Positions 28,804-37,081 of a DNA stretch of 61,690 bases are shown here, piece by piece. Made by a program: the position numbers and the translations under genes. Position 1 is the stretch's first letter. Each line of letters begins with the position of its first letter. The notes under the pieces are model-generated. The model was not told the DNA's origin, ran no database searches, and saw only the letters and a program-made list of their open reading frames with translations. This stretch comes from an uncultured Rikenellaceae bacterium (lineage in GTDB: Bacteria; Bacteroidota; Bacteroidia; Bacteroidales; VadinHA17). The DNA is taken from positions 1 through 61,690 of the forward strand of contig CAZGGZ010000009.1 of assembly GCA_964525415.1 (NCBI GenBank), given 5' to 3'.

Positions 28804-29595
28804 ATGAAAGTTAAAGTTGTCATCATTTTCTTATCATTCTCATTATTATTAATGAATTGCAAGGATAAAGAGGTTCAGATCACTGATCTTCATATCCATC
28901 TGAAAGGAAATTTTTATATTGATGATGCCGTCACAAAGTCCAGGGCAGAGGGTATCAATTACGGAATAGCATTTAACTGCGGGCATAAGTTTCCGATACA
29001 CCAGGACAGACAGATTGACTCGGTTCTGGCGATCATGAAAGACTATCCTCAGTTTCTTACCGGTATGCAGGCTGAAGGAAGGGAATGGGTAAATATTTTC
29101 TCAAAGGAATCAATGGAAAAGTTTGATTATGTCTTTACAGACGCAATGACTTTTACCGATGAAAAAGGCAGGCGGAACAGGATATGGATAAAGGAAGAGA
29201 CCTGGATTGATGATGAAGAGCAATTCATGGATTACCTGGTAAATACTATTGTAAAAATAATGAGTGAAGAGCCTATAGACATATATGTGAATCCTACTTT
29301 TCTGCCGGAGCAGATGTCCGGCAGGTACAACACTTTCTGGACAAATGAGCGAATGGATAAAGTGATCATGGCTGCAAAAGATAATAATATTGCTATTGAA
29401 ATAAACAACAGGTATAGGATCCCTTCTCCGGAATTCATTAAAAAAGCTAAAGCAGCCGGTGTAAAGTTCACTGTCGGAACAAATAATACCGATGAGCATT
29501 TTTCAGGAGCAGAGTATGCCCGGGAAATGATAGTGGAATATGGTTTAACTCAAGAAGATTTCTTCCTTCCTGCAAATAAGAAACAGGATGGATAA
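28804..29595 (+). CDS. Putative lipoprotein with a PHP-like metallo-hydrolase fold
   Basis: LLMN-C lipobox-like signal; DLHIH; AIEIN...KFTVGTNN resembles the C-terminal part of PHP domains. Confidence 0.6.
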   Translation: MKVKVVIIFLSFSLLLMNCKDKEVQITDLHIHLKGNFYIDDAVTKSRAEGINYGIAFNCGHKFPIHQDRQIDSVLAIMKDYPQFLTGMQAEGREWVNIFSKESMEKFDYVFTDAMTFTDEKGRRNRIWIKEETWIDDEEQFMDYLVNTIVKIMSEEPIDIYVNPTFLPEQMSGRYNTFWTNERMDKVIMAAKDNNIAIEINNRYRIPSPEFIKKAKAAGVKFTVGTNNTDEHFSGAEYAREMIVEYGLTQEDFFLPANKKQDG

Positions 29596-30235
29596 TCTTG
29601 ATATCTTCAGAACTTTAAAGTTCCTGCCGGGAATTATTCTGGGACTCACCATCCATGAGTTCAGTCATGCTTATATAGCCAGCAAGTGTGGAGATTTAAC
29701 ATCAAGGGAACAGGGAAGGGTTTCCCTTAATCCTCTCAAACATATTGATCCTCTTGGTTTTATAATGCTTCTTGTGGCAGGATTCGGATGGGCAAAACCT
29801 GTCGAATTTGATGAAAAAAATCTCAGGAATCCTAAAACAGACGTGCTTAAAATAGCGGTTGCCGGACCTTTTTCAAATGCCATTCTGGCAATGATACTTT
29901 CAGCAGTCTTTGTAGTTTTCAAGGACCTTGAAACAGCAGATTTCTATAATGGTAAGTTTCTCATAACCGAATTATTCATTTATGCAATATATATTAACTG
30001 GGGGCTTTTCATTTTCAACCTGATACCCATTCCTCCTCTTGATGGTTCGCACCTTTTGCTGTCTTATTTCAGAAAATTCCCGGTTCTCTACAATGCTCTG
30101 TATAAATACGGCACATTCATTTTGTTCGGACTTCTGGTTGTTTCAGCAATATCCAAGTACAACCTTCTTCCTATCTGGCCGGCAATACAATTCCTGGGTG
30201 AAGGATTTCTTTCGCTTCTGGGATACAGCTATTAA
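29588..30235 (+). CDS. Site-2 protease, M50 family
   Basis: HEFSH zinc motif, AVAGPFSN and FNLIPIPPLDG. Confidence 0.92.
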   Translation: MDNLDIFRTLKFLPGIILGLTIHEFSHAYIASKCGDLTSREQGRVSLNPLKHIDPLGFIMLLVAGFGWAKPVEFDEKNLRNPKTDVLKIAVAGPFSNAILAMILSAVFVVFKDLETADFYNGKFLITELFIYAIYINWGLFIFNLIPIPPLDGSHLLLSYFRKFPVLYNALYKYGTFILFGLLVVSAISKYNLLPIWPAIQFLGEGFLSLLGYSY

Positions 30236-30315
30236 GCGCAGTGAATCCTTATCACCGTATCAGCGAACTTTGAAATTTGCCGATTTTTATGTATATTGTG
30301 TAAAACAAGCTTGTT

Positions 30316-31005
30316 GTGAAAAACTTCATCCTTTTACAGGTTATAATTATGGCAGGCTGTATTGCTCCACAGGCAGATAAATTTGAATCGCAGCGTCAAA
30401 GAATGGTTGAAACCCAGATACGGAACAGGGGAGTAACAAATCCTGAGGTTTTAAATGCAATGAAGAAAGTTCCGAGGCACCTGTTCATTCCGAAAGAGTA
30501 CCAGGATGAAGCCTACAATGATTATCCTCTTCCTATAGGTTACGGACAGACTATTTCGCAGCCTTTTATTGTGGCTTACATGTCAGAGGCTGTAAGGCCA
30601 AACAGCAAAAAGAAGGCTCTTGAAATTGGTACCGGATCAGGATACCAGGCTGCTGTTCTTGCGGAAATAGTCGATAAAGTTTATACAATTGAAATAGTGC
30701 CTGAGCTCGCCAGGGAATCTGCCGATCGGTTAAAGAATATGGGGTACGACAATGTTATATGCAAATATGGTGATGGTTACCAGGGCTGGCCTGACTACGC
30801 GCCTTTCGATATAATTGTTGTTACAGCAGCGCCTGAAAAGATTCCTCAGCCCCTGATAGATCAGCTTGCCGAAGGCGGGAGACTGATCATTCCTGTGGGA
30901 CCAGCCAATGCTGTACAGGAGCTTGTGCTTGTAATAAAAAGAAACGGTAAAACCGAAACCCGACGGTTGTCGTTTGTAAGGTTTGTACCTTTTAAGAGAT
31001 TATAA
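30316..31005 (+). CDS. pcm: Protein-L-isoaspartate O-methyltransferase
   Basis: VPRHLF, GQTISQP, LEIGTGSGYQAAVL, GDGYQGW, APFD and GGRLIIPVG; GTG start (alternative ATG at 30349). Confidence 0.95.
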   Translation: MKNFILLQVIIMAGCIAPQADKFESQRQRMVETQIRNRGVTNPEVLNAMKKVPRHLFIPKEYQDEAYNDYPLPIGYGQTISQPFIVAYMSEAVRPNSKKKALEIGTGSGYQAAVLAEIVDKVYTIEIVPELARESADRLKNMGYDNVICKYGDGYQGWPDYAPFDIIVVTAAPEKIPQPLIDQLAEGGRLIIPVGPANAVQELVLVIKRNGKTETRRLSFVRFVPFKRL

Positions 31006-31052
31006 AGGATATTTTCAGAACAAAACTTTATTTCTTTGTCCTTGAGCTTACA

Positions 31053-31226
31053 TTAAATCCAGCCGGTTCCTGTTACAACATTGCCTCTGCTATCCATCCG
31101 GTCAACTAAATCGCTCGCATACGGATTTTCAATACCGGGATTTACAGCACCCCATTCATAATCCAGGTACCATTCTCCCATAGCACCTCCCATCAGACCG
31201 TCAGTATCATAGAATCCTTCTGCCAA
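31053..31226 (-). pseudogene. Possible gene remnant (57-codon open frame)
   Basis: Hand translation LAEGFYDTDGLMGGAMGEWYLDYEWGAVNPGIENPYASDLVDRMDSRGNVVTGTGWI*, preceded by an in-frame TAA. Confidence 0.3.
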
Positions 31227-31385
31227 TTACAGTATATTATAATGGATGATTGAACAGCATTTTGGGAAGGAAATACATAAGAACCTGTAAGACTCAATGA
31301 TACTGTTTAAAAATCACCTTGATATTATTTTGCCTGAACACTAACATAATCAAGCAGATAACACAGATAAAAAAAAGCGAAATAA

Positions 31386-31418
31386 TTTGCATATTATATA
31401 AAAATATATATATCTTTG
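31386..31418 (+). promoter_or_regulatory. Bacteroidetes -33/-7 promoter of the islet operon
   Basis: TTTG (31386-31389), 21-nt spacer, TATCTTTG (31411-31418). Confidence 0.7.
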
Positions 31419-31468
31419 TAATGTGGTTTGTATTACTAACTATATTACATTACTAATATTATGAAAAA

Positions 31469-32086
31469 ATGGAACAAAAAATGAATCTAAAACAATTGGA
31501 GAAGAATACTGCAGCAGTAATATTTCAAACCGGTCTTGTAGAAATTGGAATAGGACTGATGTGGGTTGTTTCAACTTTGGCCATGATCTTCGATGATATA
31601 AGTTATTATATTGACATCCTTTTTGTTGTACCAGTAATATTCATCATTCTGGCCATAAGATATATTGTAACTCCGCGTATGGGAATGGTGAAACTTGCCA
31701 GGAAGCGTATAAGAAGAAACATTTGGTTCATAGTGACTGTTACCGTTTTTCTGGTAATAATGGTCATTCTCACAATTACAGGTAATGGCCATCCCAATGC
31801 TGTACATATCAACGGGAGATGGATCATCAGTGGAATCATTCTTTTCATATGTACAACGATTGCTTATTTTCTAAATTTCAAAAGAATGTATCTCTATGCT
31901 TTTCTGTTTGCAGGGGCATTTAATCTTTCTGAAGAAATCAGGAAAAATCCCGGAATTATTTCGGATGGAGCCTATGTTTATCTGATAGTGTCATTTTTGT
32001 TAATCGTTATTGGATGCATTTATCTGATCAGTTTTCTGAAAAAGTATCCACTGCCAGAAAAAATTACTTATGACAAAGAAAGCTAA
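31469..32086 (+). CDS. Hypothetical membrane protein (about 6 TM)
   Basis: Hydrophobic ORF overlapping the downstream winged-helix regulator. Confidence 0.75.
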   Translation: MEQKMNLKQLEKNTAAVIFQTGLVEIGIGLMWVVSTLAMIFDDISYYIDILFVVPVIFIILAIRYIVTPRMGMVKLARKRIRRNIWFIVTVTVFLVIMVILTITGNGHPNAVHINGRWIISGIILFICTTIAYFLNFKRMYLYAFLFAGAFNLSEEIRKNPGIISDGAYVYLIVSFLLIVIGCIYLISFLKKYPLPEKITYDKES

Positions 32087-32390
32087 CAATGAAAACCAGC
32101 AGGTTGAAATTGATAAATTAATCCATGAACCTGCACGCCTGAAAATCATTGCCCAGTTATATGTGGTTGAAAGCGCCGATTTTCTTTTTTTAATGAGACA
32201 AACAGGACTTTCCCAGGGAAACGTATCAGGTCACCTCAGCAAATTGGAGGATGCTGCTTACGTGGAAATTGAAAAAGGGTATATTGGCAAACGGCCGCAA
32301 ACAATTATTTCACTTACAAAGAAAGGACGGGAGTCGTTTAAAAGATATATTAAAAATATGCGGGAATTATTTGATGATCTGGATGAATAA
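32070..32390 (+). CDS. Winged-helix transcriptional regulator (MarR/ArsR-like, HTH_34 type)
   Basis: IHEPARLKI, FLFLMRQTGLSQGNVSGHLSKLE and LTKKGRESF. Confidence 0.88.
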   Translation: MTKKANNENQQVEIDKLIHEPARLKIIAQLYVVESADFLFLMRQTGLSQGNVSGHLSKLEDAAYVEIEKGYIGKRPQTIISLTKKGRESFKRYIKNMRELFDDLDE

Positions 32391-32455
32391 TAATGATTAT
32401 TCTGCCAGTTATAATAATCTGTTATTAATAAAAGAATTATAAAATTAAGATAATT

Positions 32456-33886
32456 ATGAAAACTAATATCTCATTCATGTTTATTATTTTGCTTTTTAGC
32501 GAAGTGTCAATATGTCAGCATAATGAGACAGGATTTAATACTGAAGAACTGCAATTTATCATCGGAAATTGGACGGGAACAATAAATACAGGAGTCTCAA
32601 AATTTACATTTGTCTTTAAGTTTTGGGTTGACGATGATAAAATATTAAAAGGAACTCTGGATTCGCCTGAGCAGGATTTAAAAGATTTACCCGTCAATGA
32701 AATAATAATTAAAGATGACAGCCTCAAATTGGATATAAGATCCATACAGCGTAAGTACTATGCTGGAATGAATAAAAATGATAATGTTATAAATGGTTTG
32801 TATATACGAAACGGGCAAATAAATCTTCCTTTACTTCTGAAAAAGACAGAATCCGCGGTAATTTTAAACAGACCGCAAATGCCAAAAAAACCTTATCCGT
32901 ACAAAGAGGAAGAAATTTCTTTCATTAATGAAAATGATGGCACCAGACTGGCAGGGACGCTAACCATTCCAGATGGAAAAGCACCCTTCCCAGTTGTTAT
33001 TTTAATATCTGGTTCAGGAGCACAGGACAGGGATGAATCTGCATTTGGGCATAAGGTTTTTCTGGTAATCGCGGATTATCTCACTCGCATTGGAGTTGCA
33101 GTACTGCGGTTTGATGATAGAGGTGTCGGAGGTAGTTCAGGAGATCATCTTCAGGCAACATCAAAGACAAATAGCGAAGATATAATTTACGCTACCGGAT
33201 TTCTTAGATCCAGGAAAGATATAAACAAAAGGAAAGTAGGTTTAATTGGGCATAGTGAAGGAGGCTTGATTGCATCAATTGTGGCAGGTAAGTGTCCACA
33301 AATAGCATATGTTATTTTAATGGGAGCACCTGGACAAAGTATTGAAGAAAACCTATATCAACAGAACGAAATGATAAGAATGGCAGAAGGAGAAAGTGCA
33401 AATATGATCAAACAATATAATTCACTTCAGAAACAGATCTTCTCAATAATTAAAGAAGAAGCAAATGATTCAGTGGCTGCTGAAAAACTCAGATCGGCTT
33501 ATACTATGAACAGATACCAGCTTTTATCTCCGGAACAAAAGAAGATTATTGATGCGAGAATAAATGACCTCCTATTAACCCCTTATTTTAGAGATATTAT
33601 AAAGTGTGATCCTTCCCCATTTCTTCAAAAAGTAAAATGTCCGGTACTTGCAATAACAGGAGAAAAAGACCTTCAGGCATCTCCAACGAAAAATCTTGCA
33701 GCAATGGATGAAGCATTTAAATCAGGGGAAAATAAAAATTACAAACTCATTGAATTACCCGGAATAAACCACATGATGCAGACCTGTAAAAAAGGAACTA
33801 TATCGGAATATTCCGACATAGAGGAGACTATTTCTCCGTTGGTTCTGGATACTATTTCTGAATGGATACTCACAAATACAAAATAA
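32456..33886 (+). CDS. Secreted alpha/beta hydrolase (peptidase/esterase)
   Basis: Signal peptide; GSGAQDRDE, RFDDRGVG, GHSEGG nucleophile elbow, GEKDLQ and NHMMQ. Confidence 0.88.
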   Translation: MKTNISFMFIILLFSEVSICQHNETGFNTEELQFIIGNWTGTINTGVSKFTFVFKFWVDDDKILKGTLDSPEQDLKDLPVNEIIIKDDSLKLDIRSIQRKYYAGMNKNDNVINGLYIRNGQINLPLLLKKTESAVILNRPQMPKKPYPYKEEEISFINENDGTRLAGTLTIPDGKAPFPVVILISGSGAQDRDESAFGHKVFLVIADYLTRIGVAVLRFDDRGVGGSSGDHLQATSKTNSEDIIYATGFLRSRKDINKRKVGLIGHSEGGLIASIVAGKCPQIAYVILMGAPGQSIEENLYQQNEMIRMAEGESANMIKQYNSLQKQIFSIIKEEANDSVAAEKLRSAYTMNRYQLLSPEQKKIIDARINDLLLTPYFRDIIKCDPSPFLQKVKCPVLAITGEKDLQASPTKNLAAMDEAFKSGENKNYKLIELPGINHMMQTCKKGTISEYSDIEETISPLVLDTISEWILTNTK

Positions 33887-33969
33887 TTGATAGTCGATCG
33901 TATCTCTTAAGGGCAGCATACAACGTCAATCATTAATGCAGTCATCACCAACATTAGAATGATAGAAGA

Positions 33970-35004
33970 ATGAAAAAGATGCTTCTTTTAACGTCAGCAA
34001 TTCTAATTACTGGATGTGGGACACATCTCCAGAATGAATCGCAAACAGAACCAAATGCCAGAATGAATGGTAAGTATATTGCATGCTTTGATACAGCATG
34101 GAAAAGAGTGAAAGATGTTTACCCGTTTTTTGAGTTTAAGAAGATAAACTGGGACTCCATTTACACTGTTTATCGTCCTAAAGTTGAAAATGCCAATAGA
34201 AAACAGTTCACTCAAGTATTAAATGATATGCTGGCTGAACTTAAAGATGTGCATGTATATCACCAAAATGTAAAAGGGAATCAGAAATATGTATATGAAT
34301 CGCCAAGACAAACTAAGGACAAAAATGTGTATAGCCTTAAGGTTATCAGAAAGTACTTTAGCAAGAAATTGGCAAGAGCAGAATGTAAAAGTGTTATGTA
34401 TGGGATAACGCCGGAAAATATTGGGTACATTTATTTTTATGATCTTCTAAAGAGTGACCTGCGAACCGAATTTCCTGAAATATTAAAGCATTTAAGCAAT
34501 ACAAAGGGGTTGATACTTGATTTTAGGACAAGACAAGGAGGAGATTATCAGGTAATTCAGTCTGTAGTATTAAACTTCATGACTACCCCGCTTGAAAAAC
34601 CAAAAATTTACATATTGGAAGATATTGAACAGCCTCCTTTTCAACCGTTAACAGACACATTTATCTATACTAAACCGATTGTCGTTCTCATAAACGGAGT
34701 AACAATTAGTGGCGGCGAATCAATAACAGAGATTCTCAAGCAACTTCCGAATGTCACTGCAGTCGGAGATACAACAAGTGGTGGCGGCGGATGTGCCTCA
34801 GGACACACTCCTCGCGCTATAGGCACTTACCAGTTACCGTGTGGAAAAATAATATTTATCCCTACAGGCTATTTATTACGCTATGATGGCTCCCATTTTG
34901 AGTGGAACGGAGTTTCACCTGATATCAGAGTCGAACAAACTGTGACTGATATTAAAAATGGAAAGGACAAACAACTGGAGTATGCAATTAATCTATTGAA
35001 GTAA
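33970..35004 (+). CDS. S41 family peptidase, lipoprotein
   Basis: LITG-C lipobox; ENIGYIY, LILDFR..QGG, ISGGE (catalytic Ser), VGDTTSG and GVSPDI. Confidence 0.88.
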   Translation: MKKMLLLTSAILITGCGTHLQNESQTEPNARMNGKYIACFDTAWKRVKDVYPFFEFKKINWDSIYTVYRPKVENANRKQFTQVLNDMLAELKDVHVYHQNVKGNQKYVYESPRQTKDKNVYSLKVIRKYFSKKLARAECKSVMYGITPENIGYIYFYDLLKSDLRTEFPEILKHLSNTKGLILDFRTRQGGDYQVIQSVVLNFMTTPLEKPKIYILEDIEQPPFQPLTDTFIYTKPIVVLINGVTISGGESITEILKQLPNVTAVGDTTSGGGGCASGHTPRAIGTYQLPCGKIIFIPTGYLLRYDGSHFEWNGVSPDIRVEQTVTDIKNGKDKQLEYAINLLK

Positions 35005-35118
35005 TTTACAAATTAATTGATACTAAAGCCATTAGAAATTTATACAAACAAACACTTTGTATAGAAAACCTAATTATAAATAATTTGACCAACCTGACTA
35101 AATTAGAAACCAATTTAG

Positions 35119-35172
35119 GCGCGAGTCGAACGCGCGATCCATCCCGCTGAGGTGGGATTGCTCTATCCAACT
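35119..35172 (-). pseudogene. tRNA-like remnant: D-loop, replaced anticodon arm, intact T-arm, no acceptor stem
   Basis: Minus strand AGTTGGATAGAGCA-ATCCCACCTCAGCGGGAT-GGATC-GCGCG TTCGACT CGCGC. Confidence 0.7.
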
Positions 35173-35175
35173 TTT

Positions 35176-35204
35176 AAAAAAGACACCCCTTTAGTTAGAG
35201 TGTC
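35176..35204 (-). terminator. Intrinsic terminator of tRNA-Arg
   Basis: Minus strand GACACUCU...GGGGUGUC followed by UUUUUU. Confidence 0.7.
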
Positions 35205-35209
35205 CTTTG

Positions 35210-35283
35210 TGATTCCGGGGCGACTCGAACGCCCGACCCGCAGCTTAGAAGGCTGCTGCTCTATCCAGCTGAGCTACGGAACC
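35210..35283 (-). tRNA. tRNA-Arg (anticodon UCU)
   Basis: GGTTCCG/CGGAATC acceptor stem, GCTC AGCTGGATA GAGC D-arm, GCAGC CTTCTAA GCTGC anticodon arm, GGGCG TTCGAGT CGCCC T-arm; CCA not encoded. Confidence 0.97.
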
Positions 35284-35295
35284 AAAATTCGGGGG

Positions 35296-35303
35296 CAAAT
35301 TTA
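35296..35303 (-). promoter_or_regulatory. -7 promoter element for the tRNA
   Basis: Minus strand TAAATTTG, 13 nt upstream of tRNA position 1. Confidence 0.6.
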
Positions 35304-37076
35304 TAAGGATTTCATGTAATTAACAAGTCCCTTGTGATCTATGATCTGCTTCAGCTTTTCAGGCAATGGCTCGAAACTGAATTCATGTGAACCGATTTTA
35401 ACCTTCCCGGAGTCAAAGTCCGGGTTTACATTGTCACCGGATTTATATGATTCCACAGCCTCCTTATGAACAATAAGCAAAAGCCCCTGATTTATTGAAG
35501 ACCGGTAAAATATCCTGTTCACCGATTTCACTATGACAGCCTCTATTCCTGCATGAACAAGCCCGACGGAAGGATGCTCCCTTGAGCTTCCGCAGCCGAA
35601 GTTCTCCCCTGCAATGATTATATCGCCTTTGCTTACACTCCTGCTGAATGCCGGATCAAAATCCTTAAAAAGAAGAGGCAGGATCGCAGGAGCATCTGTG
35701 CTGAGTATATTATAGGTATGCTTGCCTGCAAACATCTGATCGGTGTTCAGGTTATCAACATCAGCATAATTCCATACATTTCCGCACTTCCTCATCTCCC
35801 CTGCCTTAATCTCAGATGTTCTGCTCTGTTCGGGAGAAAAGGGATATCTCTCGTTACCCGGTTTCTTCCGAGGATCAGTTATAACTCCTTTTATTGCCGA
35901 TGCAGCAACAGTTTCAGGCGATGCCAGGTAAATTGATGCTTCCTTGTTGCCCATCCTCCCCAGAAAGTTCCGGTTGGCAGTTGAAATTACAGTATGTCCG
36001 CTTGCCGGAATACCCTGTCCTGTTCCAAGGCAGGGACCGCACGAAGGAGTAAGGACATTTGCTCCGGATTTAATAAGTATGCTTATAATGCCTTCATCAA
36101 TTGCCCGGAGGAATATTTCCCGTGAAGCCGGGATTACGTTTAGCTGAAATCCTTCTGCAATCTTCTTTCCTTTCAAGATACCTGCAGCGATGCGCAGATC
36201 TTCAATTCTGCCGTTTGTGCAGGTGCCGATCAGTCCTTCATGCACTATTGTTCCTGCAGCTTCAGAAACTGACTTTATATTATCCACGTTATGAGGAGCG
36301 GCGACAACGGGGAATATTTCATTTAAATTGATGTGGATCTCCCTGATGTAATCTGCATCCGGATCTGCCCAGACTCCTTTGTATTTCTTCCTGAAGAAAC
36401 CTGCAAGTATCTCATCAGCCGGAAAAACAGCATTTTTTGCTCCCATTTCCGAAGCGAGGTTCGCAATTGTCATCCTGCCGGAGATATCAAGGCTTTTGAC
36501 ACCATTACCATGGTATTCAATTGACATATAGTTTGCTCCATCTGATCCTATCATACCAATAATCCAGAGCGCAAGATCTTTTGCAGATACTCCGGCTTTA
36601 AGCTTGCCTGTCAGAGTTATTTTAACAGAATCAGGCACCCTGAACCAGGTCTCCCCTCTTTTCCAGATTCCGGCTGACTCTGTCCTGTCGATTCCTGCAG
36701 CGAAAGCATTAAAAGCCCCGGCTGTGGATGTATGGCTGTCGCTGCCGACTATCAGCATACCAGGTCTGGCATGGTATGACATTATCTGGTGGCATATTCC
36801 CTTTCCGGAATCATAGAATTTGCGGATTCCCTGCTGCTTCACAATATCCCTGATATCCTGGTACCGGGTAGCAAGCTTTGAATCTGCAGGTGGTGCATTA
36901 TGGTCCAGAACAACCAGCATCTGGTCAGGATCAGCAACTTTCTGTCCACCCATATTACAGAATGTCTTGTAAATGCTTGATGTGTTATCGTGAGTCAGTA
37001 CAATATCAGGACGGGCAAATATTATTGTGCCTGCCTGAGCCCCTAATATTTTTTCGGCGAAAGTAAAATGTTTCAT
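35301..37076 (-). CDS. Fused large+small subunit aconitase-family hydratase (homoaconitase/IPM-isomerase-like), copy 2
   Basis: THDN, LDHN, GICHQ, SDSHT, GTCTNGR, CGPC and NRNFLGRMG, then small-subunit NTDQM and GCGSSREH. Confidence 0.9.
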   Translation of the reverse strand: MKHFTFAEKILGAQAGTIIFARPDIVLTHDNTSSIYKTFCNMGGQKVADPDQMLVVLDHNAPPADSKLATRYQDIRDIVKQQGIRKFYDSGKGICHQIMSYHARPGMLIVGSDSHTSTAGAFNAFAAGIDRTESAGIWKRGETWFRVPDSVKITLTGKLKAGVSAKDLALWIIGMIGSDGANYMSIEYHGNGVKSLDISGRMTIANLASEMGAKNAVFPADEILAGFFRKKYKGVWADPDADYIREIHINLNEIFPVVAAPHNVDNIKSVSEAAGTIVHEGLIGTCTNGRIEDLRIAAGILKGKKIAEGFQLNVIPASREIFLRAIDEGIISILIKSGANVLTPSCGPCLGTGQGIPASGHTVISTANRNFLGRMGNKEASIYLASPETVAASAIKGVITDPRKKPGNERYPFSPEQSRTSEIKAGEMRKCGNVWNYADVDNLNTDQMFAGKHTYNILSTDAPAILPLLFKDFDPAFSRSVSKGDIIIAGENFGCGSSREHPSVGLVHAGIEAVIVKSVNRIFYRSSINQGLLLIVHKEAVESYKSGDNVNPDFDSGKVKIGSHEFSFEPLPEKLKQIIDHKGLVNYMKSL

Positions 37077-37081
37077 AAAAA

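Noticed and set aside
31005-31330. Duplicated tRNA-Arg 3' end (att site) at the left edge of the islet
   Set aside because: No copy of TGATTCCGGGGCGACTCGAA found by eye and no integrase, so a site-specific element is not claimed
33887-33969. Integron attC-like site between the hydrolase and S41 genes
   Set aside because: CATACAAC only loosely resembles RYYYAAC; no matching GTTRRRY or extended palindrome, and no integrase
35141-35158. TCA within the loop of the tRNA remnant as a UGA-suppressor or tRNA-Sec anticodon
   Set aside because: 8-nt loop without the canonical U33 geometry, no acceptor stem and no long variable arm; cannot be a functional tRNA
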